From assembly GCA_963768055.1 (NCBI GenBank), contig CAVYGN010000002.1, positions 640,001-704,000 of the forward strand: 64,000 bases of DNA, read 5' to 3'. The stretch's first letter is position 1, and each line of letters begins with the position of its first letter. Shown here one piece after another: positions 52,750 to 62,143 of this stretch. Both the position numbers and the translations under genes were made by a program. The stretch comes from an uncultured Spirochaetota bacterium (GTDB lineage Bacteria > Spirochaetota > Brevinematia > Brevinematales > JAOACQ01). The notes below the pieces were generated by a model, which searched no databases, was not told the DNA's origin, and worked only from the letters and a program-made list of their open reading frames with translations.

Positions 52750-53736
52750 TCAAGAAGGATGTTTCGTCAGCGCCCTGACTTTATGGATAAGATTGTCCCT
52801 TTCAATTTCACAGGCCCTTTTTCCTTCGGCAAGTGCTTCTTCGACACGGTTAAAATCAAGAGAATTGAAATGGACGAGGTTGGGCTCGATAAGAACCGTA
52901 GGAGGATTATACTCAAGCATCTGTTTTGTGTTGGTAAAACCCATGATATCTATGGACTGCGATATAATATCAAAGATATAAGGAAGTTTTTCTTCTCCCT
53001 TGATTCTGTTCATGACTACTCCGACGAACATGTTGAGCCATTCGTTTTTTTTCATAGTTGAAATAGTTTTTGCCTTTTCAATGAACAAATCGATGCGGCT
53101 TTTTTTCACTTCTTCCCTCTTAGCTTTCTGCTCCGCTATCTTTTCTTTACTCCTTATCTTTACCATGGGATGCAGGTTGACTGCAATGGTCAATCCGGCG
53201 CCCATCTCGTCGGCGATATCTATTGGCAGAGGGTCCGCTACCCCTCCGTCGACGAGGATCGAATCTTCATATCTTACAGGCTTGAATATGCCCGGAATAG
53301 AGATGCTTGCCCTGACGGCTTCGAGGGCATTACCCTGATTGAAAACAAGAGGCATTCCGGTGTAGTAATCAGTGGCGACTATCCATACAGGTATCTTCAT
53401 ATCTTCAAGTTTCATACTTTCGGGTATGTAATTGGATATAAATTTCATGATCTTGCTGTCGTTTAAAAGTCCCGAAACGGGGAGGATCGGTTCGAAAAAC
53501 TCGGAATATTTCGAAACAGGAAGCGCCAGCAGGTCCTTTTTAAATTTATCCATTGTTCCGGCACTGAATAAAGCCCCTACAAGGGCTCCTATGCTTGAAC
53601 CGAAAATCATATCGATGGGAATTTCAAGTTCGTTCAGATATTCGATAACCGAAATATGGGAAATACCCTTCGCCCCGCCGCTGCCGAGGACCAGCCCGAC
53701 CTTGCGGTTAAAGATTGTTGATAATATACCCGGCAT
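52750..53736 (-). CDS. Patatin-like phospholipase (RssA/NTE family)
   Basis: LGSGGAKG, GSSIG nucleophile, ASISIPG, DGG. Confidence 0.92.
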   Translation of the reverse strand: MPGILSTIFNRKVGLVLGSGGAKGISHISVIEYLNELEIPIDMIFGSSIGALVGALFSAGTMDKFKKDLLALPVSKYSEFFEPILPVSGLLNDSKIMKFISNYIPESMKLEDMKIPVWIVATDYYTGMPLVFNQGNALEAVRASISIPGIFKPVRYEDSILVDGGVADPLPIDIADEMGAGLTIAVNLHPMVKIRSKEKIAEQKAKREEVKKSRIDLFIEKAKTISTMKKNEWLNMFVGVVMNRIKGEEKLPYIFDIISQSIDIMGFTNTKQMLEYNPPTVLIEPNLVHFNSLDFNRVEEALAEGKRACEIERDNLIHKVRALTKHPS

Positions 53737-53762
53737 TTTAAACCTGCATCCTTTTTTTAATT

Positions 53763-53791
53763 ATTATAATAGGGTGAATGGCGAATGTCGA
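53763..53791 (-). promoter_or_regulatory. Putative sigma70 promoter for the patatin gene
   Basis: TCGACA-N17-TATAAT. Confidence 0.55.
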
Positions 53792-53865
53792 ATTTCATTT
53801 GAAGAATCGGAACCGGGTTCACCTCTAAGCCGTCAGGAACGCAAATACCGGGGGACTTCACATTA

Positions 53866-54240
53866 TCACCCCCCCCCGAAAGTTTCTCCATTAATATTAA
53901 TAAACCATGTTTTACCGGATTCATAATTAAACCCCCATTTCAAGCCGTCGGAGGAAATAACAGGATCCCATGCGTCATCATACCCTCCGAATGTCTGCCC
54001 GTTTATTATTACATACCACTTATCTCCGGATTTATAATTAAAACCCCACTTCGTGCCGTCGGCGGAAAAATACGGGGCATGTAATTTATTGTACCCGCTG
54101 TAGGTTTTTCCGCCGATGTTGAGATACTCCCCTGCAAACTTATTCGCGCCGGCTTGCCAATGATACAAGCAATAAAGCCCTGAAAAGGCATGGACGTAAA
54201 AAGCAAAAGAAAAAACAATGAAAAGAACGATATGCTTCAT
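53866..54240 (-). pseudogene. Secreted beta-propeller-like repeat protein, truncated at a G9 tract
   Basis: Signal peptide; two ~37-aa repeats (S.DG.KWGFNY.SG..W...ING.TFGG); stop immediately after G9, with a decayed third repeat in another frame. Confidence 0.6.
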
Positions 54241-54271
54241 ATAGCCTCCCTTTTGGAATAGGTCGGTCCCA

Positions 54272-55129
54272 TCATTGACCATTTTTGATTAGTTCGGCGA
54301 TATCTTTGTGTCCATATCTCAAAGCCTCGTCCTCCGGCGTTTCGCCATACTTATCTTTAGCATTCACATCGGCGCCCTTGGAAATGAGAAGTTCCGCTAT
54401 ATCTTTAAATCCTTTGATCGATGCCCTGTGCAGCGGGGTATAACCGTCAGCATCTTTCGCATTGATGTCTGCACCATTGGAAATGAGAAGTTTTACAATA
54501 TCCTTGTGACCGCGAAACGATGCCTGAAGCAGAGGGGTATTGCCATTTTTATCTTTAGCATTGATGTCGGCGCCTCTTGAAATTAGAAGCTCCAGGATAT
54601 CTTTATTCCCATATAGTGAAGCCTCTATTATTGGAGTGTTTCCGGATTTACTTTTCGAATTAACGTCAGCGCCATTAGATATAAGAAGTTCCGCGATATC
54701 TTTGTACCCATAGCGTGAAACCACTAACAATGGGGTATAGCCAAAATTATTTTTTGCATTGACTGCAGCACCCTTTGATATGAGAAGTTCCACGATATCT
54801 TTGTGCCCATTAAAGGATGCCTTTAACAGCGGGGTATCGCCAAGCGCATCTTTCGCGTTGACATCGGCGCCCTTATCCATCAATGCTCTAACCTGATCCA
54901 TTCTGCCGTTACTGGCTGCCCGCATCAAAGGCGACCAGCTCGCATAACTTATAAAAATAAAAGCACCGGCTAAAGCAAAAATAATGAAAACAAAAATCAC
55001 AATCCATTTTATTTTTTTCCCAATTTTAATATCTTTTTTTGTTCCGGTTTTAAATAAAAATGCCATCAAAGCCGCCTTTAACAATAGGATTTTATATTTA
55101 AACCCTGTTAACAGCTTTAATCCAGTCAA
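54272..55129 (-). CDS. Membrane-anchored ankyrin-repeat protein (7 repeats); start uncertain
   Basis: TM helix, then 33-aa G.TPL..A...G.KDI.ELLIS.GAD.NAK units, also visible as ~99-bp DNA repeats. Confidence 0.92.
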   Translation of the reverse strand: MTGLKLLTGFKYKILLLKAALMAFLFKTGTKKDIKIGKKIKWIVIFVFIIFALAGAFIFISYASWSPLMRAASNGRMDQVRALMDKGADVNAKDALGDTPLLKASFNGHKDIVELLISKGAAVNAKNNFGYTPLLVVSRYGYKDIAELLISNGADVNSKSKSGNTPIIEASLYGNKDILELLISRGADINAKDKNGNTPLLQASFRGHKDIVKLLISNGADINAKDADGYTPLHRASIKGFKDIAELLISKGADVNAKDKYGETPEDEALRYGHKDIAELIKNGQ

Positions 55130-55240
55130 ATTGATGAAAATGATTATAAATGGACCTTTTCAATTATAAAATAAATCTGAAATAATTGTCAAAGGTTTAT
55201 TCATTTTACAGAGCTTAACCTGGCCTCGTCGATTTTCGGT

Positions 55241-55303
55241 TCCCGAAGGGTCGTCGATAAGTATTTGCCTGCCGCCAGGCTGGGATTTCGTACCGTCCGG
55301 CTT
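55241..55303 (-). pseudogene. Remnant of a VOC/glyoxalase-family gene
   Basis: Minus-strand translation KPDGTKSQPGGRQILIDDPSG in a GC-rich patch; no start or complete ORF. Confidence 0.55.
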
Positions 55304-55427
55304 GCCTGTCTTCCACCCGGCAAATCCGCAATGTCGCACGAATGGTATTTTTTTTGAAATTTAAATTCAAATTAAGAATGATTATATTAGAATGTAGTAT
55401 ATTTAGATTTTACAATAGGGATAAATA

Positions 55428-55652
55428 ATGAAAATAAAAATCTTTGTTTTAACGCTGTCTGCATTAATATATGGCTGTTCCAATACCCCGAGTACCGGGA
55501 GCAGCGGATCGTCCCCGGGAAACAATGAGCTTCTTTTTTCAGGCTATGTCTGGCATATAAAAGAATCCGATACCGTAACAGGGCCGGGACCGAATTATTT
55601 TTCGGCACAGAATAGCGATGTCTGGGTGAACGGAAGCGGATATCTGCATTTT
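55428..55652 (+). pseudogene. N-terminal fragment of a GH16-like lipoprotein
   Basis: Lipobox-like LIYGC, then FSGYVW.IK.....GPGPNYFS.....VWV...GYLH; resemblance ends near 55650 although the ORF runs to 55721. Confidence 0.55.
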
Positions 55653-55854
55653 GATTCAGGAACTTGGCATAAATTTAACAGGCATCGATTGGGAACTTTG
55701 CAGGACTGCCGCTTTTTATAAATCAAAGCATAAAATGTCCTACGCCGACTGTTTTGCCGCAGCATTGGCTAAGTATGAAAAAGCGGAGCTGATAACCGGG
55801 GACCCGAAATTTAAACACGTGGAAGCGGAAATAAAGATATTTTGGTTAGTTTAG
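55651..55854 (+). pseudogene. C-terminal half of a VapC/PIN toxin
   Basis: AA.YK....MSYADCFAAALA......L.TGD..F..VE..I.I.W; no N-terminal PIN Asp strand, SD or antitoxin gene. Confidence 0.75.
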
Positions 55855-55947
55855 GGAGGTTGGCCATTAAAAAATGGTAGCCAAATAGCCTGTGAAAAAT
55901 ATTATAATCCCCCCCCCCTTGAAAAGCAGTCATAATAAGGCCGTTTT

Positions 55948-55976
55948 TTGATAAATTAAAAATTCCCGCCTATAAT
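55948..55976 (+). promoter_or_regulatory. sigma70 promoter for the nspC operon
   Basis: TTGATA-N17-TATAAT. Confidence 0.65.
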
Positions 55977-56013
55977 GATTCTGTATCGGTTTATTAAAGA
56001 ATAAGGGCTAAAA

Positions 56014-57120
56014 ATGACTGAGTTAAAAACGCCGTATTATTTGCTCGACGAAAAAAAATTATTAAAAAACCTAAAAAAAATAAAGTATGTCAGGGACATA
56101 TCCGGAGCAAGATCGGTCCTTGCGCTGAAATGTTTTTCGACATGGGCCGTCTTCAGCCTGATGAAAGAGTACATGGACGGTACCACCAGCAGTTCTGTTT
56201 ATGAGGCAAGGCTCGGCAGGGAAAAATTCGGAAAAGAGGTCCATGGCTACAGTGTGGCTTATTCGAAAGAGGATATAAGGGAATTAAAGAAGTATGCAGA
56301 TAAGGTAATTTTTAATTCCATATCCCAGTTAAAAATGTTTTACAAAGATGCAAAAAGCTTGAAAATAGGATTAAGAGTAAACCCGAATATAAGTTATTCA
56401 CATTTTGATCTTGCCGACCCAGCCAGGCAGTTTTCAAGGCTGGGAGTTTGCAATAGGGAAGAGCTTGAGAAAGTCCGCTCAATGATTTCAGGTGTAATGT
56501 TCCATTTTAACTGCGAAAATGACGATTTCGAAAATTTTTCGTCCAATCTGGACCGTATAGGCCAGGAATATGGAAATGTATTAAAGGATCTGGATTGGGT
56601 CAGCCTGGGCGGAGGGATCTATTTTACTAAAGAAGGTTATCCTCTTGACGATTTTTGTTTAAAACTCAGGGAATTCGGAGAAAAATTTTCCGTTCAAATT
56701 TACCTTGAACCGGGTGAAACCGCCGTGACAAGGTCATGCGAACTCATTACAAGGGTTATTGACATTGTCCATAATGAAAAGGATATCGCTATTGTCGACG
56801 CTTCGACGGAAGCTCATCTGTTGGACCTGCTGATCTACAGGTCTGAAGCTAAAATTGAGAACCCGGCCCCGGGAGCTTATGAATATATTATTGCAGGTTG
56901 TTCATGCCTTGCAGGGGATGTGTTCGGCACATACGGCTTTAAATCAAGAATTAAGATAGGCGGCATTATCCGCATTGCCGATGCGGCCGGTTATTCGATG
57001 GTTAAAAAGAACTGGTTCAACGGCTTGAAAATGCCGTCCATTGCGATTAAAAGACTTGACGGCTCTTTAGATGTGGTCAGAAAATTCGATTATATCGATT
57101 ATTTGAATAATCTGTCATAG
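56014..57120 (+). CDS. nspC: Carboxy(nor)spermidine decarboxylase
   Basis: LALKCFS, SRLG, FHFNCE, SLGGG, YLEPGE, SCLAGD, YSMVK.NWFNG. Confidence 0.94.
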   Translation: MTELKTPYYLLDEKKLLKNLKKIKYVRDISGARSVLALKCFSTWAVFSLMKEYMDGTTSSSVYEARLGREKFGKEVHGYSVAYSKEDIRELKKYADKVIFNSISQLKMFYKDAKSLKIGLRVNPNISYSHFDLADPARQFSRLGVCNREELEKVRSMISGVMFHFNCENDDFENFSSNLDRIGQEYGNVLKDLDWVSLGGGIYFTKEGYPLDDFCLKLREFGEKFSVQIYLEPGETAVTRSCELITRVIDIVHNEKDIAIVDASTEAHLLDLLIYRSEAKIENPAPGAYEYIIAGCSCLAGDVFGTYGFKSRIKIGGIIRIADAAGYSMVKKNWFNGLKMPSIAIKRLDGSLDVVRKFDYIDYLNNLS

Positions 57121-57133
57121 GAGGCCATTTTTC

Positions 57134-58363
57134 ATGAGAAGCAACGTTCTGATTATAGGAGCCGGCGGAGTAGCCCAGGTGGCGGCGCATAAGGCAGCCC
57201 AGAATAACGATGTACTGGGAGATATCTGTATTGCCTCGAGGACTCAGAAAAAATGCGAAGCGATAATAGAAAGCGTTATCAGAAAAAACAATATCAAGGA
57301 TAAAAGCAGGAGGCTTTATTCAAGGCAGATCGACGCCCTCGACATTCCCGCCGTTATTAAATTGATAAAGGAAACCGGTTCAGAGATCGTTATCAATCTC
57401 GCCCAGGCATTCGTCAATATGTCTGTCCTTGAGGCCTGCATCGAGACCGGTGTTGTATACATGGATACCGCGATTCATGAAGAGCCCGATAAGGTCGCGG
57501 AGGACCCGCCCTGGTACGCTAATTATGAATGGAAGCGCAAGGACCGCTGCAGGGAAAAAGGCATTACCGCGATCCTGGGCTGCGGGTTCGATCCCGGCGT
57601 AGTAAACGCTTATTGCGCCCTTGCCGTCAAGCATCATTTCGACAGGATCGATACAATAGATATAATGGATGTCAACGCCGGAAGCCATGGCAGGTATTTT
57701 GCCACAAATTTCGATCCCGAAATCAATTTCAGGGAATTTAAAAAAGTCTGGACCTGGATCGATAGGAAATGGGTCCTGGAAAAGGTCCATTCCATAAAAA
57801 AAACCTATGATTTCCCCGTTGTAGGCAGTATGCCGGTATACCTCAACGGCCATGACGAGCTCCATTCCCTTTCAAAAAACATTGAAGCGAACAGCATAAG
57901 GTTCTGGATGGGTTTCAGCGATCACTACATTAATGTTTTTACAGTCCTTGCAAAAATCGGGCTCACTTCAGAAAAACCGATTAAAACCGCCGAGGGCCTC
58001 GAAGTAGTTCCCCTTAAAGTTCTAAAAGCCCTTTTACCCGACCCCTCTTCGCTTGCCAAGGATTATACCGGTAAAACTTGCATCGGAAATCTTATCAGGG
58101 GAATAAAGGATGGCCGTGAAAAAATGATATTTATCTATAATATCTGCGACCACCAGGAGTGCTATAAGGAAGTCGAAGCCCAGGCGATCAGCTATACTGC
58201 CGGCGTACCGCCCGTTGCCGGGGCAATTCTTGTCGCAAAGGGAGTTTGGGATGTAAAAACTATGGTAAACGTTGAAGAACTCGATCCCGATCCATTTATC
58301 GGCCTTTTAAATAATATAGGCCTCACCACGGAAATACAGGAGTCGCCTAATCCCCTTATTTGA
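57134..58363 (+). CDS. Carboxy(nor)spermidine dehydrogenase (saccharopine dehydrogenase family)
   Basis: IIGAGGVA, YMDTA, GFDPGV, FATNFDPEIN.RE, AISYTAGVP; adjacent to nspC. Confidence 0.92.
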   Translation: MRSNVLIIGAGGVAQVAAHKAAQNNDVLGDICIASRTQKKCEAIIESVIRKNNIKDKSRRLYSRQIDALDIPAVIKLIKETGSEIVINLAQAFVNMSVLEACIETGVVYMDTAIHEEPDKVAEDPPWYANYEWKRKDRCREKGITAILGCGFDPGVVNAYCALAVKHHFDRIDTIDIMDVNAGSHGRYFATNFDPEINFREFKKVWTWIDRKWVLEKVHSIKKTYDFPVVGSMPVYLNGHDELHSLSKNIEANSIRFWMGFSDHYINVFTVLAKIGLTSEKPIKTAEGLEVVPLKVLKALLPDPSSLAKDYTGKTCIGNLIRGIKDGREKMIFIYNICDHQECYKEVEAQAISYTAGVPPVAGAILVAKGVWDVKTMVNVEELDPDPFIGLLNNIGLTTEIQESPNPLI

Positions 58364-58388
58364 TATTCTGCTCGATTTTTTGTATAAT
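58360..58388 (+). promoter_or_regulatory. sigma70 promoter for the GH13 operon
   Basis: TTGATA-N17-TATAAT. Confidence 0.6.
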
Positions 58389-58417
58389 TAATCTGCATCT
58401 GATTGGAGTATTTTTTC

Positions 58418-60382
58418 ATGGAAGAAAGGTACCAGGTCCTGCTTAAATTCAACGCGCATTACATGACGGAAAGTGTCGCGGTAGTCGGGGATTTTACCGG
58501 CTGGAATAAGGATAAAATCTATCTCGAAAAGACGGACGACGGCAATATTTGGAAGACCTATATGGAACTTCCTTCGGGCGAATACGCATATCATTTCCTT
58601 ACGGACGGCGATTGCTTCCATCTTGACCCTTACAATCCGCTCCAGGTAAACCGGGAAGGGAAATCCTATTCGAAACTTGTCGTCGGACTTGCCCAAATAA
58701 AAAAAGACGCCTTGCATGACGATTGCGACATAGATGTTTTTTCAGCAAATACGGTTTACCTCAAGATAATGCTGAACAAAAATATATATAAAAATTCAAA
58801 ACTGATAATTATGATCGATGATGTAACACAATCCGTACCGGGATATATCTTATACAACGACTTTATCTATTCCCACTACATGTTTAAATTTCAAAAAGGC
58901 TTAAAAAATGACGGTATTTTTTACTATTTCGAGATTGAAAAAACAGAAGGCGGAACAGTTTATTACGGCCGGAATGGAATTGTCGATCTGGAATGGGAGG
59001 TTGAAAATTTTGATTATAAACAGTGGAACACCCCGCCCCTTTTAACCCCGGAATGGGCTAAAAAAGCTGTTTTCTATCAGATTTTCCCGGACAGTTTCAA
59101 TAAAAGCGGGACAGGTTTGCCGCCGGTCTCGAATGCTTTTTATGGAGGCAACCTGGAAGGCATATTTAAAAAAATTGAATATTTAAAGGAATTGAAAATA
59201 ACAGCAATTTATTTCAATCCGCTTTTTGAAGCGCCGTCGCCGCATAAGTACGACACTTCCGATTACAGGCAAATCGATAAACATTTCGGGACGGATGAAA
59301 ACTTTTCCTCTTTAGTAAAATTACTCGATGAAAATTCCATCCGGTTTATTTTAGACGGGGTATTCAACCACACTGGAACAGGTTTTTTCGCATTTAAGGA
59401 TTTAGAGGAAAAGGGTGAAGCGTCAGTTTATAAAGATTGGTATTTTATAAAAAAATTCCCCCTGCTCGAAAACGGCAAACCAAATTATCAATGCTGGTGG
59501 AATTTTCCTTCTCTTCCGAAGCTGAATGTTCAAAATGAAGATGTTAAGGCATATTTATTCGAAACCGCCGGATACTGGCTTTCAAGGGGCGCTTCGGGTT
59601 GGAGGCTGGATGTTCCTAACGAAATCCATCATTCTTTCTGGAAGAAATTCAGGGAAGCTATGAAATCAGGTTATCCCGATTCCTTTTTAATTGGTGAAAT
59701 ATGGCATAATGGAAGAGCTTGGTTAAGGGGGGATGAATTCGATTCAATAATGAACTATAGCTTCAGGGACGCCTGTGTTGAATTCTTCGCAAGGAAAAAA
59801 ATGTCAGCGGAAAATTTTGTTATTGAGCTTGGAAAGCTGCTTGAAGACTACCCTATGCAGTCAAATTTTGTTTTATTAAACCTGTTATCCAGTCATGATA
59901 CCCCCCGTTTTTATACCCTGGCCGGCAGGGACATTAATTCCCTGAAATTGGCAGCCGCTTTCCAATTTACATATCTGGGAATACCTATGATTTATTACGG
60001 AGAGGAAATAGGCATGGAGGGAGGAAAAGATCCGGATAACCGTAGGCCCATGGAATGGGACAAGGTTAAGTGGAATATGGATATTTACTCGCTTTATTCA
60101 ATGTTGATCCGCATCAGAAGAGAAAATCCCGTGTTATCCGAAGGGGACATTAGATTTTTTTACGCCCGGGATGGGATCATAGGGTTCGAACGGTTTACCC
60201 CTTCCGACAGGCTTTCAATTTTCATAAATAATTCGGGAGGCAACTTTCAAATCGATCTGACAATGATTCTTGGTAACGGAGATTTCGTAGATATATCGAA
60301 GGACCATACTCTCAAAAGAAAAAAGGTCTTTACCCTGTATGATAATGATTTTGTAATTCTAAGAAAAGTGAAGGACAGGTAG
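58418..60382 (+). CDS. GH13 neopullulanase/cyclomaltodextrinase-like enzyme with an N-terminal CBM48-like module
   Basis: VVGDFTGW, YQIFPD, DGVFNH, GWRLDVP, GEIWH, SHDT. Confidence 0.92.
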   Translation: MEERYQVLLKFNAHYMTESVAVVGDFTGWNKDKIYLEKTDDGNIWKTYMELPSGEYAYHFLTDGDCFHLDPYNPLQVNREGKSYSKLVVGLAQIKKDALHDDCDIDVFSANTVYLKIMLNKNIYKNSKLIIMIDDVTQSVPGYILYNDFIYSHYMFKFQKGLKNDGIFYYFEIEKTEGGTVYYGRNGIVDLEWEVENFDYKQWNTPPLLTPEWAKKAVFYQIFPDSFNKSGTGLPPVSNAFYGGNLEGIFKKIEYLKELKITAIYFNPLFEAPSPHKYDTSDYRQIDKHFGTDENFSSLVKLLDENSIRFILDGVFNHTGTGFFAFKDLEEKGEASVYKDWYFIKKFPLLENGKPNYQCWWNFPSLPKLNVQNEDVKAYLFETAGYWLSRGASGWRLDVPNEIHHSFWKKFREAMKSGYPDSFLIGEIWHNGRAWLRGDEFDSIMNYSFRDACVEFFARKKMSAENFVIELGKLLEDYPMQSNFVLLNLLSSHDTPRFYTLAGRDINSLKLAAAFQFTYLGIPMIYYGEEIGMEGGKDPDNRRPMEWDKVKWNMDIYSLYSMLIRIRRENPVLSEGDIRFFYARDGIIGFERFTPSDRLSIFINNSGGNFQIDLTMILGNGDFVDISKDHTLKRKKVFTLYDNDFVILRKVKDR

Positions 60383-60383
60383 A

Positions 60384-60893
60384 ATGAACAGAAAGGTTCA
60401 GATAACCCTAATTGGAGATAGTGAAGAGATCGATGAAAACAATAAAATAGCTTACGATATAGGAAGTTTTATAGCAAGCAAGGGCTGGATACTTATAACC
60501 GGCGGGAGAGAGGGGGTTATGACCGCCTCTTCCGAGGGCTCAATGAATAATGGAGGACTCGCAATATCGCTTCTCCCCGGCGAAAACATCGATGCCGGCA
60601 ATCCCTATTCGACAGTTACAATCGCTACAGGAATCGGTTATGCACGCAACTCCATGAATGTTTTATCAGCCGATGTCGTCGTTGTTGTCGGCGGAGGTTC
60701 CGGGACTCTTTCCGAGATAGCTTATGCATGGGCCTATAACAAGCCTATAATCGCCTGTGAATTCGCGGAGGGCTGGGGCCGGAAACTCGCCCGTAAGTCG
60801 ATCGATAATAGAAGAAAGGATGTTATAATTGGCGCAAAAGATATGAAAGAACTTAAGAATGGTCTTGAAGATCTAGTAAATAAATTAAAATGA
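60384..60893 (+). CDS. LOG/SLOG-family protein (TIGR00725-like)
   Basis: TGGREGVM.A, TGIG.ARN, GGGSGTLSEIA.A. Confidence 0.88.
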   Translation: MNRKVQITLIGDSEEIDENNKIAYDIGSFIASKGWILITGGREGVMTASSEGSMNNGGLAISLLPGENIDAGNPYSTVTIATGIGYARNSMNVLSADVVVVVGGGSGTLSEIAYAWAYNKPIIACEFAEGWGRKLARKSIDNRRKDVIIGAKDMKELKNGLEDLVNKLK

Positions 60894-62143
60894 CCTCTGA
60901 AATAAGCCGGGTCATTATAGTAGGCGGAGGTGCTTCAGGCCTGATGGCCTCTATATGCGCGTCGAAAAAAGGAAACAGGGTCAAACTCATTGAAAAGAAT
61001 GACCGGGTAGGTAAAAAGCTCCTGGCTACCGGTAACGGAAGATGTAACCTTTCAAATGAAAATTTATCATCTTCGGATTATCATGGCGGGACAGCCGATT
61101 TTGCGATGACGGTCATAAAACAGTTCGATAATAACGCCTCTATGAATTTTTTTAAAGAATTGGGGCTTGAACTATCCGTCGAAGAAAACGGGAAGATATT
61201 TCCCCAGAGTATGCAGGCCTCAAGTGTACTCGATCTCCTGCGCCTTGAAGCGGAAAGTTCGGGTGTTGAGATAGTCACAGGTTCGGAAATAAAAACTATT
61301 ATCCGCGATAAAGCGGGAATTTTTGAGCTTACCGATAAAACCGGAATAACACATAAGAGCGGAAGAGTTATCCTGGCTTGCGGCGGTAAAGCTGCGCCGC
61401 AAACCGGAAGCGACGGTTACGGTTATAAACTTGCTGGAATGATGGGCCACTCTGTTGTTTCACCCCTGCCGGCCCTGGTAGCCCTTAAATTGTCAGGCGA
61501 TCTTCACAAAGCGATGGAAAAAATGTTCTGGAATGCGGAAGTTTCCCTTTTACTGAACAATCAAAAATTGAGGACAATATCAGGGGATATTATTTTTACC
61601 AATTACGGCATTTCAGGCCTTGCTATCCTGGATTTAAGCAGGGATGCGGTATACGGCCTTGCAAATAACAAAACAGTGGAAATTGAGATTAATTTTCTCC
61701 CGAAATTTTCCTTCAATGAAAAAATCGATTCCCTTCGCCGGAGAAAGGCTCTCCATCCCGGCCGTTTGATGGAGAATTATTTAACCGGAGTGATTAATAA
61801 ACGTATCGGCCAGACATTAATCAAATCATCCGGTATAAAACTCGGGGCCATGGTCTCTGAAATTTCTGAAAGTGAAATAATCCGTTTGGCCGAAGTTTTA
61901 AACGGATGTAGATTTAAAGTGACGGGAGATAATGGTTGGGCAAATGCCCAGGTGACAGCAGGAGGTATCGACTGCAGCGAGGTAAACGCAAGGACCCTTG
62001 AATCTAAATTGACAGGGGGCCTTTATTTCTGTGGTGAAATACTGGATATTGACGGTATTTCTGGAGGTTATAATCTTCAATGGGCCTGGTCGTCTGGTTT
62101 CGTCGCGGGGTCACTCCCACTCGATCGTAGCGGGGGGTTTTGA
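60890..62143 (+). CDS. HI0933/YhiN-family flavoprotein
   Basis: GGGASG, GKKLLATGNGRCN, GG.A.PQTGSDG, VTAGG, GEILD.DG..GGYNLQ.AW.SG. Confidence 0.93.
   Translation: MTSEISRVIIVGGGASGLMASICASKKGNRVKLIEKNDRVGKKLLATGNGRCNLSNENLSSSDYHGGTADFAMTVIKQFDNNASMNFFKELGLELSVEENGKIFPQSMQASSVLDLLRLEAESSGVEIVTGSEIKTIIRDKAGIFELTDKTGITHKSGRVILACGGKAAPQTGSDGYGYKLAGMMGHSVVSPLPALVALKLSGDLHKAMEKMFWNAEVSLLLNNQKLRTISGDIIFTNYGISGLAILDLSRDAVYGLANNKTVEIEINFLPKFSFNEKIDSLRRRKALHPGRLMENYLTGVINKRIGQTLIKSSGIKLGAMVSEISESEIIRLAEVLNGCRFKVTGDNGWANAQVTAGGIDCSEVNARTLESKLTGGLYFCGEILDIDGISGGYNLQWAWSSGFVAGSLPLDRSGGF

Noticed and set aside
55200..55345. GC-rich intergenic patch as a riboswitch or attC site
   Set aside because: No riboswitch consensus and no matching inverse core site; better explained as a VOC coding remnant
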